A stretch of DNA of 64,000 nt, from the NCBI RefSeq assembly GCF_001194135.2, contig NC_068990.1, positions 4,276,502 to 4,340,501 of the forward strand, written 5' to 3'. The translations under genes were made by a program, and so were the position numbers. The notes under the pieces are model-generated. The model did not search any database. It was not told the DNA's origin and saw only the letters and a program-made list of their open reading frames with translations. This DNA comes from Octopus bimaculoides (Eukaryota). Below, in pieces: positions 1-11,340 of the stretch. How positions within the stretch are numbered: the first letter of the stretch is position 1; each line of letters starts with the position of its first letter.

Positions 1-10
1 GGTAGACTAA

Positions 11-196
11 TATACATTTTTATTAAAGCTGCAAAAATATCACAAAAAAAAAACTGTGATTCAGTTTCACATTCCTGTTCATTGGACAGTTGTGATCACA
101 TGATTCCAGTTTTAATCACAACTATTTGATGAACAAGGATGTGAATCTCTGAATCAGTATTTTGTGATGGTTTTGCAGCTTTAATAAAAAAGTATA
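11..196. mobile_element. Fold-back / MITE-like element (long imperfect inverted repeat)
   Basis: Left arm tatacatttttattaaagctgcaaaa...ttcacattcctgttcat (11-82) is the imperfect reverse complement of atgaacaaggatgtgaa...ttttgcagctttaataaaaaagtata (129-196). Inner stem agttgtgat (88-96) / atcacaact (115-123). Both ends carry TATA, consistent with a TA target. Confidence 0.75.
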
Positions 197-197
197 T

Positions 198-553
198 CAC
201 CATCATCTTCATCATCATCATCGTTTAACGTCCGCTTTCCATGCTAGCATGGGTTGGACGATTTGAATGAGGACTGGTGAACCAGATGGCTACACCAGGC
301 TCCAATCTGATTTGGCAGAGTTTCTACAGCTGGATGCCCTTCCTAACGCCAACCACTTCGAGAGTGTAGTGGGTGCTTTTACGTGCCACCGGCATGATGA
401 AGGCCAGTCAGGCAGTACTGGCAATGGCCACGCTCGAAATGGTGTATTTTACGTGCCACCTGCACAGGAGCCAGTCCAGTGGCACTGGCAATGACCTCGC
501 TCGAATGTCTTTTCACGTGCCGCCGGCACAAGTGCCAGGAAGGCGACACTGGT
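198..553 (-). mobile_element. RTE-LINE 3' UTR / RTE-tailed repeat (family A)
   Basis: (CAT)n on + (a (GAT)n tail on -), palindrome CATGCTAGCATG at 240-251, ctggatgcccttcctaacgccaacc core and internal gtgccaccggca repeats. The same sequence recurs at 8.4, 11.3, 13.9, 18.0, 35.5 and 48.7 kb. Confidence 0.85.
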
Positions 554-589
554 AGGCGATAACAATGATGATATGTGTGTGTGTGTGCC

Positions 590-780
590 TATGTTTGTTC
601 CTCAGCCACTGCTTGACAGCTGGTGTTAATGTGTTTACATTCTCGTAACTTTGTGCTTTAGCAAAAGAGACCAATAGAATAAGAACCAGGCAGAAAGTAA
701 GTACTGTGGTTGATTCGTTCAACTAAAGTTCTTTGAGGCAGTACCGCAGCATCAATAAGTAAAGAATAAAAGATAAAAGA
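590..780 (+). mobile_element. SINE family B, 3' half
   Basis: Follows a (GT)n run. The block tggtgttaatgtgtttacatt...gagaccaatagaataag...gtactgtggttgattcgttcaactaaag resembles the 3' half of the copies at 50.9-51.1 kb and 55.25-55.4 kb. Confidence 0.6.
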
Positions 781-1160
781 TATTTCACAATCAACATGCC
801 TTGGGCAACTAGAAATAACAGCCACATTTCATTAGGCTACACCACTCCATCTTAAACAAGCAAGGCCTAAGCAAAATCAAGGGAATTCCTACATACAGCT
901 CAACCTACTGCTACAAAAGATGAGATGGTCTGACCTGAGGATAGACAAGGATTTCAGAGTTATCAGAACATATACCCCCCCCCCCACATGTGTAACATAT
1001 TATAAGTAAGACCTATAAAGGCCCTTACAAGACCCCACCCGATCATTTTGAAGCATGTGATAAAAAAGATTTGAAAAATCCCTGTCAAAATAGATAAAAT
1101 CCAACTTATGTGGAATTATTTTCCAAAACTCCACTTGGATTTATGCTATGATATAATCTA

Positions 1161-1331
1161 NNNNNNNNNNNNNNNNNNNNNNNNNNNNNNNNNNNNNNNN
1201 NNNNNNNNNNNNNNNNNNNNNNNNNNNNNNNNNNNNNNNNNNNNNNNNNNNNNNNNNNNNNNNNNNNNNNNNNNNNNNNNNNNNNNNNNNNNNNNNNNNN
1301 NNNNNNNNNNNNNNNNNNNNNNNNNNNNNNN
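1161..1331. other. Assembly gap (N-run)
   Basis: Run of N abutting (TA)n. Other gaps lie at 30384-30644, 32155-32164, 32974-32983, 42755-43537 and 55776-55867. Confidence 0.99.
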
Positions 1332-1611
1332 TATATATATATATATATATATTATATCTGCATTCCATGCTAGCATGGGTTGAATGGGTCATCGTAGTTC
1401 AAGTCAGCTTTACTTGGAGTTATCATTTTCCTAGATGGGTCAGAAGATCGTGTCACACTCCTACATTCCCCGCCCCTTCTTTTTTTTACTTCTATAACTG
1501 GATTCCCTTCTAAACTCTAGTAACTTTACAGCGTGTATACGGGCATATATATGTAGATGTGTGTGTGTGTATGTGTGCATCTTTTATTGATGAACGTTAG
1601 CAAAAGATGGA

Positions 1612-1829
1612 AGGTGGTGAACTGGCAGAATCATTAGCATGTCAGGCAAAATGCTTAGCAGCATTTCATGTCTTTAATGTTCTGAATTCATATTCTGTCA
1701 AGGTCAACTTTACCTTTCATCCTTTTTGAGAGTTGATAAAATAAATACCAGTTGAGCACTGGGGTTGATGTAACCAACTTATTCCTGCTCCCGAAATTTC
1801 TGGCCTTGTGCCAAAATTTGAAACCAATA
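1612..1829 (+). mobile_element. tRNA-derived SINE family C
   Basis: Head ggtggtgaactggcagaatc, B-box-like ttctgaattcatattc, central block actttacctttcatcctttt...gataaaataaataccagttgagcactggggttgatgtaa, tail ccttgtgccaaaatttgaaaccaat. The central block resembles the Meta/MESC SINE domain (recalled, unverified). Confidence 0.8.
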
Positions 1830-2023
1830 TTAGAGAAAGATGTAAACATTAACAAGGTAACAAATAATGCAGCTCTTTTCAATGAAATCCCTGGTGGTAT
1901 TTATTCTTCCCAGGTTGCAGGTACTTCCCTGAGGCTGACATTATCAGAAATACAGTGAAGCTGTAACAATGCGATATCAAATAAATATAAGTTATTATTT
2001 TATCCTAAAGTAGAAATAGTAAC

Positions 2024-2169
2024 AGCTTTTTCATCACACATCCTTTGGTGACTCTTAATCCCATGTATCTCCTCTTGCACTGTTTTACAAAATAAAGTAA
2101 ACAGAACAAGAGGAGACACATGGGATAAAGCGTCACTGAAGGGGTCACAAGACATGTGATGAAAGAGCT
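2024..2169. mobile_element. Fold-back / MITE-like inverted repeat
   Basis: agctttttcatcacac...gtgactcttaatcccatgtatctcctcttg (2024-2077) pairs imperfectly with caagaggagacacatgggataaagcgtcac...gtgatgaaagagct (2107-2169). Confidence 0.75.
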
Positions 2170-3141
2170 TTGATAAAGAAAAAAATATAATAATGATAAA
2201 GCTGAAGAAATAGTAAAAATTATCTCTTAATTATGTAGACTCAAACTACGTAAGTAAAACTGTTTGTGTTTAGTAACAGAGTATCTTGGTTAAGGTCTGA
2301 ACTTTTATTTCATCAATTTTTAATCATTTATCGCCAACATCTAATGTCCAAAATAAATATTACAGGAAAAAAATAATCAACTCAGAAATTTAGTTCACAT
2401 TTGTAAACTTACCTGATGAGGAATATTCCTCAAGGAATCAGTTCATGTTTACATCAAGGCTGACAGAATCTTTAATTTAAACATTTCAAAAGTTTAAGAA
2501 CAAACATGCAATTCATTTATTTATTTTTTCATTGAATTCTCTCTTGTTTTTGACAACAGACGAAAACACACATATCTAAACAAAAACAGCAAAACATAAA
2601 GAAAATAATGTAAAAACAAAAAATATCAACTAAACTAAACAATAACATGCAACTAAGTGAAAACATTTTATATAAACATTCACAAGAAAACACAAAAAAA
2701 ACATAATAGGAAAAGCAAAACATTAATGATATACTACCGAAGTCTTTAATATATACTTTCATTTAGGAAGTGCAGTGAGAAATTGTAAAGTAATACGTTC
2801 TTTAAAAAAAAATCATTTTATTTTATTTTTTTAATATCACCAATATCTGTTGCCTTACAATACAAACATCAAAATATGTTATGTATTGTAATGTATAGTA
2901 CAATACAAACATATTTTCATCTGTAGTTTCTTTATATTGCCTCGTGTAATGAAATGAATATTCCTTTTTAGTTTTTCTTTTTTTTTTTCTCATACATACA
3001 TAATTTAGTGTGTAAATTTCCTACAAGAAAGTATTCCATTATAGGGTGTAGAAAGGAATGAAACTTATTCAACCTATAATTCCGTGGCATTCCAGGAAAA
3101 AAAAAAAGTTCTAAGACTTATAAGGATTACACACACACACA

Positions 3142-3184
<43 letters not shown>

Positions 3185-4403
3185 TAAGGCTTTTGAAACA
3201 GTAAATTTATCACAACCCTCTCACTATATCAACAACTTTATGTCAGTTTATAGTTGTAATGTTGTATAAGGTTGGATGATCTGTGGAATCACATTTCTGT
3301 GAAATCTGTATCATTGTTCTCAATCAATCTGAGCTACAGCTACTTTATAAAGAGCTTTGTTTGCCATATCTCAACGCTACCACCACTAGTTACTCGATAC
3401 TTGGCCAAAATACTGCCTTCCTTTCATCTCTCCTTTTCTTCAACAGTTTCCTTTTTCTTCACTTTGTTGGCAATTATTTGATCCCTTAGAGAAAACACCG
3501 CTTTGATTTTAAATTCACATCTCTTTCATGTCTTTTTATTTTACTCTCTTTGCCTTTCTTTTTTTTTTAGTTGTGCTTTCCTTTTACTTTTCTTTTTCTT
3601 TAATGCTGTGGTGCATTATTATCCTATTCTAGTAACAGTGCTAATCTTCTTACACTCTCTTATTCATTGCCCCAACACTGGAAAATGTGTGGCTTTTTCA
3701 GCTGCAGAAAAGATGTATATCTAAATTCTTGGCTATCTGACAGCCCTCCCCAACCCCACCACTACGTCTCTGCACCCCCCCATCTCTGTCAAGGGTAGAG
3801 AAGACTTTGAGATTGGCAAGACAACTCCTCCTCCAGTATTTAGTGGATCTTCATTGGTTAATAATGCCTACTTTAAGACAGTCCCCTGGTTCTGTTTCAA
3901 TAAGTAAAGTAATGGCTGTAGATCCACAATAGTTCACTCTGCTAATTAACCAGTTTAGTTACTCATTCTGAGGGAAATTCTATTTTGATGTACTGCTTCT
4001 CATTTATCTCTCTCATGATTAGTGTCACTAACTGCCAGAGTGTACTCATAGAATGGTCTCTTTCACATCACTTCTTTTTTCCTCAGTCAATCAGGTCTGT
4101 CCAGGATGTCATCTTTGTGGGATTTCACCCCAGCATATGTTTTTCTTGCAACTGTTACAAATTCATGAGAAGTAATAACAACATCTTGGGCACAATAAAA
4201 AGGACCTTGTCACAAAATTGTAAATAAGTTCTGAAACACTTTTGGTGCATAATTCCATATACAATCTCCCTAAGTTTGAAACTTGTACCCTTTCCCCAAA
4301 ACAAGGGATTTAAGAATGCCAATTTAAATACAATCTAATATATACACACTCACACGCTCATATGCACGCACACACAGACTGATAGATAAGTAGATAGATA
4401 TGC

Positions 4404-4522
4404 TAGGCTTCTTCCAGTTTCTGTCTACCAAATCCACATACAAAGCTTTGACAGGCCCAGGACTATAGTAGATGACACTTGCTCAAGGTGTCATGCAGTG
4501 GGAACAAACCCAGAACAATGTA
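4404..4522 (-). mobile_element. SINE family B (CORE-like), 5' half
   Basis: Reverse complement reads gggtttgttcccactgcatgacaccttgagcaagtgtcatctactatag...tggatttggtagacagaaactg, matching the heads at 7511, 50665 and 55625. Confidence 0.75.
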
Positions 4523-5119
4523 TATGCATATATGTGTATGTGTGTGTGTGCATGTGCATATATGCATGTGTATGTGCATATATGTATGTGTCTAGCAGGA
4601 ATATTTAGTAGTCTAAAATCCTGAGGAATTGAAACTGGATTGCTAAGTTTCAGCTATTGGGATGTCAGTGGTCAACTGGCTAGTTTGATCTCTGGCAGAA
4701 ATTACTCTGTACTAACACAAATGCAATTCATTCAAATATCAATCATGTCATCATAAAAACTGACCACTAAGACAACTGGTAAACAGGATCTTATCAGCAA
4801 GATACTTTTTTTTTTGCATCACTTTTTCTTGAACAGATATAACATATAGATAGAATTTTTACCAATAGCAGTTAGCAGATTCTACTATCATGCTGTTAGA
4901 CACACCCTCTTGTCTCTCTGTCTCATCAATGAACTGTTATTGCTGCGTAAATACCTGTACTGTCACTCATAGCATAAAGTATAAAGTTCTAAACAGTAAA
5001 TAGTTTTGCTTTAAAATCTAAATGAAATTTGGGTTCCTTCTATTGGCATCGACTTAACCAAATCACATTAGTGACACTCATTCAGAAATTTCAGAAATGA
5101 TTTTATTGTTACATATGTA

Positions 5120-5150
<31 letters not shown>

Positions 5151-5635
5151 ACATATGTAGAAAAAGTTTACTTTGTGCTAGTGCTAATTTCCGTGTGATC
5201 TACATGAGCAAATTTACTTTGCTGGGTGATCTATGCATTTATTTTAATTATTATATGGTTTTCTTATTATTAAAATAATAAAAATTTTGAAAAAAATACA
5301 CTTACAATGCTAAGTATGTACAAACTAATTAAAACAGTTACCTAAAGTAATCTCCCTTGTAGATCACACACCAAAGTAGCACCAATAAATTTTACTGTTT
5401 TTCCATTAGATTAACCTATTAGCTATTAGCTAATGCCATTACCAAGTGATGTCATTTCCTGCTGCTCTGGATTCAATGAGTCTGCAGTGTGGCATACATA
5501 TCATCCTTTATTTCCACTCCATATCATCTTTTCTGTAATATTTAATACATCCCCATTTCATTTTCTCCCATGTTCTTCTTTTATCATCTTTTCTGCTACA
5601 CTTACCCTCTTCTATCAATATCTAGGGCTCCTTAA

Positions 5636-5850
5636 AGGTGCCAAGCTGGCAGAAACGTTAGCTCACTGGGCAAAACGCTTAGTGGTATTTTGTCCATCTT
5701 TACATTCTGAGTTCAAATCTCACTTGAAATTCACTTTGCCTTCCGTCCTTTCAGAGTTGATAAAGTAAGTACCAGTTGAGTACTTGGGTTGATGTAATTG
5801 ACTTACCCTCTCCCTTGAAATTGCTGGCCTTGTGCCAAGATTCGAAACTG
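5636..5850 (+). mobile_element. tRNA-derived SINE family C
   Basis: agctggcagaaacgttagc...ttctgagttcaaat...tttgccttccgtcctttcagagttgataaagtaagtaccagttgagtacttgggttgatgtaattgac...ccttgtgccaagattcgaaac, colinear with the 1612-1829 copy. Confidence 0.8.
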
Positions 5851-6077
5851 GTATCTGGGGCTTCTGGATGTAGGACTAGTTATCTACTCCAAATAAGTTC
5901 CTCTTCAAAGCTCTGTTATATGGCACTTTACTACCATACAGCAACTGTTATCTATTTTCATATTTAATTCAGTTCCTTTTTATTTATTTTCTCCTCACAA
6001 CAGCTCAGCTTACATCAAATCCTTTACTCTCTATGCCATCACATAATTTTAGTTATGCAGTGGCATAGTTATAAAGA

Positions 6078-6105
6078 CTAACCCTAACCCTAACCCTAAC
6101 CCTAA
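6078..6105 (-). repeat. Interstitial telomere-type repeat (TTAGGG)n
   Basis: CTAA followed by four exact CCCTAA units on the + strand. Confidence 0.85.
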
Positions 6106-6260
6106 TCCCCTTCGGTCATGAATGACCATAGGATTGCACCTAGAAAGTTACCCTCTTAGGCACAAGTCTGCGAAAAGTTGTTTGTGGAAGACCAGAAGTC
6201 GCCCATGCATACGAGTCGCCCTTCTTCATGCCACCAATGCTGGCCGAAGGAAAGGCAAAG
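6106..6260 (-). mobile_element. 3' portion of an octopus tRNA-SINE
   Basis: CpG-containing block ccccttcggtcatgaatgaccataggattgcacctagaaag...cagaagtcgcccatgcatac...ggaaaggcaaag, recalled as the 3' part of the SINE whose head appears at 30245-30380. Assignment is from memory. Confidence 0.55.
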
Positions 6261-6281
6261 CATAGTTATAATTATATACTA

Positions 6282-6490
6282 TTAACCCTTTACGATTCAG
6301 ATTACCTTGTTGAATGTTATATTCATTTATTCATATTGTTTTGAATTTATTATGGCTTGCCTTGTAGTTTTGAGATTTTTATAACGACATTGTAGGGTAG
6401 GCATGAGAGTCCAGGTTTGGCTGGTTTTGAACATAAAACAGGTTGAATATTTGGGCCAGATATGGTCAGTTTAAAATGCTGAAGGGTTAA
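6282..6490 (+). mobile_element. TTAA-flanked (piggyBac-type) MITE
   Basis: TTAA-CCCTTTA ... GAAGGG-TTAA termini. The interior is colinear with the copies at 9954-10181 and 16925-17125. Confidence 0.8.
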
Positions 6491-6761
6491 TGAGTTAGTT
6501 AATAGAATAAGCCTCTTTAGCAATACTGAAGATTATTTAAGAAGTTAATAATATGCAGAGTGATTACCAAAGCCCTTCCATCACTAAAAATATTATTTTA
6601 TTTCTTCACTACTGGTTCTAGCCAGTGCTGGGACACAGTAATGTTACAGACAATACATGACAAAAGTTTTAAAAATTTCAAAACATTATTCATTTGGGTG
6701 AAAATTTATAAATGAAAACATAATTTTGCTAACAGAAACTATTTGTCCCTTCCAAGACAAT

Positions 6762-6797
<36 letters not shown>

Positions 6798-7176
6798 TAT
6801 ATGTGTGTGTGTATGTATGTATTTATGTATAAAGGAAATGAAAAAAGAATTAACGTGTTGGCATACTTGTGAAATTTAGAATGTATTTGGAATTTTGTTG
6901 ACATAAAAAATTTAAATATAGTGAATAAAACAATTAGTGAAAAGAAACAGAATGTTTTCTTTTATTAATCTACAAACATCATCTGAAAATGTTACATTCT
7001 AAAATTTCAAATAAAGATACAATTATAATGCATGACATGAATTTCATTACATTGTGTTATATTTCTAAGACAACGGATGATTCTGTTGTTCTTAACATGA
7101 ATAATGGTAATCAATTTCAATAGAATTATCATATCTCATTTAAAATTATTTCTAATAACAAATCACGAAATATAGT

Positions 7177-7192
7177 AAAAAAAAAAAAAACA

Positions 7193-7233
<41 letters not shown>
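7177..7233 (+). repeat. Poly(A) tract
   Basis: A-run interrupted once by caagc. Confidence 0.9.
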
Positions 7234-7234
<1 letters not shown>

Positions 7235-7510
7235 CAACTCGCCTTTTGCCAAAATAAAAATTAAACCAATATCTATTATTTCTGTTGATAAAGTTGGTTT
7301 ATGTATTTCGGAATAGACTGTGGTTATAAAGCAGTTATTCTTTGTTGGATTTATTTCTTTTAGTGCAACCTTATGACAATTTTAGTTGCTGATGTTAAGC
7401 CCTAGGGCAACTTGATTGAGCAGTCATATGAGCAAAAATATTCCAGCCATGACCATAGAGTCTCTTTCCCAAGATAGTGTCTGTCTGTCTGTCTAAGTAC
7501 ATGTGTGTGT

Positions 7511-8190
7511 GTGGTTAAGAAGCTCATTTTGTAAGAACATGGTTTTTGGGTTCAGTCCCACTGTACAGTACCTTGGGCAAATGTCCTCTGCTATAATGCC
7601 AAGCTAGTGGAGGCGCAATGACCCAGTGGTTAGGGCAGCGGACTCGCAGTCATAGGATCGCGGTTTCGATTCCCAGACCGGGCGTAGTGAGTGTTTATTG
7701 AGCGAAAACACCTAAAGCTCCACAAAGGCTCCAGCAGGGGATGGTGGCGAACCCTGCTGTACTCTTTCACCACAACTTTCTCTCACTCTTACTTCCTGTT
7801 TCTGTTGTGCCTGTAATTCAAAGGGTCAGCCTTGTCACACTGTGTCACGCTGAATATCCCCGAGAACTACGTTAAGGGTACACGTGTCTGTGGAGTGCTC
7901 AGCCACTTGCACATTAATTTAACGAGCAGGCTGTTCCGTTGATCGGATCAACTGGAACCCTCGACATCATAAGCGATGGAGTGCCAACAACATAATGCCA
8001 GGCTAATCAATGCTTTGTGTGGATTGGTAGATGGAAACTGTATGGAAGCCAGTCATATGTATATATATATGTATATATATATATTATCCTTATATGTGTG
8101 TGTCTGTATTTGAGTTTGTGCCAGCGCTATCACTTGACAACCAGTGTTGGTTTGTTTACATCCCTGTAACTTAGCTGCTCAGTAAAAGAT
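7511..8190 (+). mobile_element. SINE family B copy interrupted by a nested SINE
   Basis: Head gtggttaagaagctc...gggttcagtcccactg...ccttgggcaaatgtcctctgct (7511-7592) resumes after 8005 with tggattggtagatggaaactg, a (TA)n spacer and cttgacaaccagtgttggtttgtttacatccctgtaacttag. Confidence 0.8.
7607..7991 (+). mobile_element. Young tRNA-derived SINE with 14-bp TSD
   Basis: A-box-like tgacccagtggttagg and B-box-like ggtttcgattccc, CpG-rich, (CAA) tail. Flanked by ataatgccaagcta (7593-7606) and ataatgccaggcta (7992-8005). Confidence 0.9.
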
Positions 8191-8360
8191 TCATTTATTG
8201 CATTGCGTATATGCTATAAATAAAACAAAGTATAAGAGGTTGTTTACGAGATATTTAGTTACACCATCTGACTAAATGTCATATAACTGATCTCTCATGT
8301 TTCATTTTATCATGCACACACATACACTCACACACACACACACACACATATAAAATATAT

Positions 8361-8509
8361 ATCATCATCATCATCATTTAATATCTGTTCTTCCATATGC
8401 TGGCATGGGTTGGACAGTTTGACAGGAGCTGACAAGCAGGAGAGCTGCATTAGGCTTCAACTGTCTGTTTTGGCATGATTTTTATGGCTGGATTCCCTTC
8501 TTAATGCCA
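8361..8509 (-). mobile_element. Family A (RTE 3' UTR) fragment
   Basis: (CAT)n, gctggcatgggttggacagtttgac...ggctggattcccttcttaatgcca. Directly followed by a family B head (8511-8590). Confidence 0.75.
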
Positions 8510-9953
8510 GGCATGGCTGTATGGTTAGAAGTTTGCTTCCCAACCACATGGTTTCAGGTTCAGTTCCACTGTGTGGTATCTTGGGTATGTGCCTTATTGT
8601 CTGAAATCTATGCTACATCAGCAATGACAAACAGCCAGTCAAGTACTGGAGTTAATGTAAATTGACTGATAGTGACATAGATTACAACTGAGAATTCTAA
8701 ATGAATATTCCCAATATTGCTTGCACTTTAAGGGCAGATGAGGTTGTTAACATTGCTTCTCTGTGAGGAGCAATGGCCCTAGGTATTATTAACCATAAAG
8801 GAAATAATGATTGAATGATGTCATACTAGTCCTATAATTAGCAGGTTATATGGTGCATCCATCCTCATTCGTCAACAGAAGAAAACGTTAACAATAATCT
8901 GTTGAAAATACAAATAGTTACTAATATAAAATTTTATGCTAAACTGAAATATAATTAAATTCTTCTATTCTAATTGTACTGGTAATTAGTTTTAAGCAGT
9001 AATAAAGATGAGATACAACTTAAAATTTCATAATGGCTTTTACAGATTTTGATGAATACTTAAATATTTTGATGTTAGATAAAATATTTCTACTCTGGTT
9101 AAACAAAGTCTGCTGTTTATTTTAAAAAGGTTTTTTGTTTGTGAATATCACAAGCAGTGTTAATCAGCCAGACAAATTTTCTTTTGTTATGATTTAAAAG
9201 AAAATCTACATTCACATATTTGAGCAAATATCTTGACATATTTGGCTGTATGTTTATGAAAATAACTGATAACATTCTTAATTTAAACAATAATAGACAC
9301 TGTAATCACCAATTTGAGACATAAAAATAACACCGGGTCCACATTTCTCTCTTTTGGCAGGTGTCTGTGTTGTCAATTACACTAAAGATGCTTGTAATTT
9401 TATCTTCTAAAATTAAGTACTAGTTTCTTCTTGCTATTTTGAATACTAATTTATCTCAAGACTCTCTAGAGATAACATTCTATAGTTAGAATATAAGAAA
9501 AAAATTTACTGTACATAATTAGAGAAAAAGGAAAAACAGGTACTTCTATAGAGGAGTCACCTAGCAAACAGTAGATACATTGGTTGGAATCCTCTCAATT
9601 CACCTTTTGTGACTTAACTGTTATAAATTGATATTTAAAATGTTTGTTGTATCGGTTATGTTTCTACTGAAGGATTCTAGATCAAAGATAATTTAAATGT
9701 TATAAAATTTCAATGTTTTAACTACAGTAGGTCAAGATTTGTTTTTTGTCATGTAAGACACATGACAGGCAAATCATTACCTGTGCAGCATGCCAGTCTA
9801 TTGAGGAAAGTTATCCTTGAAGATCTAACTAGGTAAACTGAGGTAAGTAGAATTAACAATCATATCCATAGACACAAAGCAATATTAAGTAGTGCAATTT
9901 GAACTCAGACTATAACCTTTTGGTCAACACCTTAACCACTTGATCAGTTTGAT

Positions 9954-10181
9954 TTAACTGTTTAGCATTCAGCTTTCTTTGTCAAATGTATTGCTTGTTT
10001 ATTCACACTCTTTTGAATTAATCATGCATTATCTCATAGCTTCAAGGTTTAAATGGTGTGTTTGTATATTTTTAGAATGACATTGTAGGGTAAGTGTGAA
10101 AAGTTGGATCTGGTCAGTTTTAACATAAAACAAGTAGAATATTTGGGCCAGATATTACTGGATTAAATGCTAAATGGTTAA
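9954..10181 (+). mobile_element. TTAA-flanked MITE copy
   Basis: TTAA...tttagcattcag...tgctaaatgg-TTAA. The interior matches 6282-6490. Confidence 0.75.
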
Positions 10182-11052
10182 ATATTAATCAACATAGCTT
10201 AATACTTCAGCTGCAAACCTGAATAATAAATTTCAAATTCTAACAAACAAAATTATGATTTCTCAAAGTGAAATAGTCAAGTGTATGTATAGTATGAAAT
10301 TCAACAACTAGTGAGCGTGTTTATTGTTGTAGTAGGACAGTACACACAATTTACGTAGCCATTGAGAATAAATACCAAATCATCTGGGAATATTATCTGT
10401 GATAGATTAGTCATAAATTCAGGAATATTTAATGCCACAAAACTCAGAACTGCAAAGTTTTAGTGATGATATTCATATTAAAATTTCTCACAATAGCACT
10501 TCAAATGATATCAAGGAAATAAACTGATGCCTTTGATATTCTGTATAATTTGACAACATTGATAGAGGATAATCAAATAAAGAGAGAGACGGGGTGGGGA
10601 AACACTTAATACTCATAAACATGCATTTGTTTTTTAGAATCCAATGAAACAAACATTTAAAATGATTTATCACATAAATTGATTTTTACCTTGGTTCTGT
10701 GTTACATGATACATAGTCTTTTTTAGTTTCTTTGACTTAGGTATTCTGGGACTAATTCTACAGGGGCTAAGGTGACCTGGAAGAGGAGAAAATTATAAAC
10801 ATTCACAATTAAGAATACAGATTTCTTTACATGGATGCAAGACAGCAAATTTGAAGTGGATTTTGATATTAAGTCGCTTCATGAATAGGGTTAAAACTAT
10901 ATTGAAATTGTTAGTTTTTGGGTAGACTTCAAGTCAGCTTCAACTATGCAGGCCTATGATCAAAGGCTTTCAAACTGTGACTATACCACCTTTTATGCAG
11001 ACACAATATATCTAAAGACTACATTATCCAATGTTTCTTTCCTTTTTAAGAT

Positions 11053-11058
<6 letters not shown>

Positions 11059-11101
<43 letters not shown>
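11059..11101. repeat. (AG)n microsatellite
   Basis: Direct reading. Similar runs lie near 34.13, 41.1 and 43.8 kb. Confidence 0.95.
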
Positions 11102-11106
<5 letters not shown>

Positions 11107-11340
11107 CTGTTGTTTCTACCCTGAGGTTCAGCCTTCTGCTGGCTTGTAAGTGTTTGGCTTATGAGCGGAATTAATATAAATGAAGACTGAAACAATAAAA
11201 TACTGTATTTGTCAACATTTGTTTTTCACTTATAAAACAAGTATAGTTGAGTCACATTTGAAGTTGAAAAGTAAAAGTTACAGTTTGACAGAGATGGGAG
11301 AAATTCTGATTAAAACAGATTCATATCAGGAATTTGAGGA

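Noticed and set aside
3743-3781. Possible G-quadruplex on the minus strand
   Set aside because: One loop is long and there is no functional context, so it is too weak to report.
7607-7690. tRNA-like sequence
   Set aside because: It is the tRNA-derived head of a SINE that continues into body and tail and is bounded by a TSD. No complete cloverleaf is evident.
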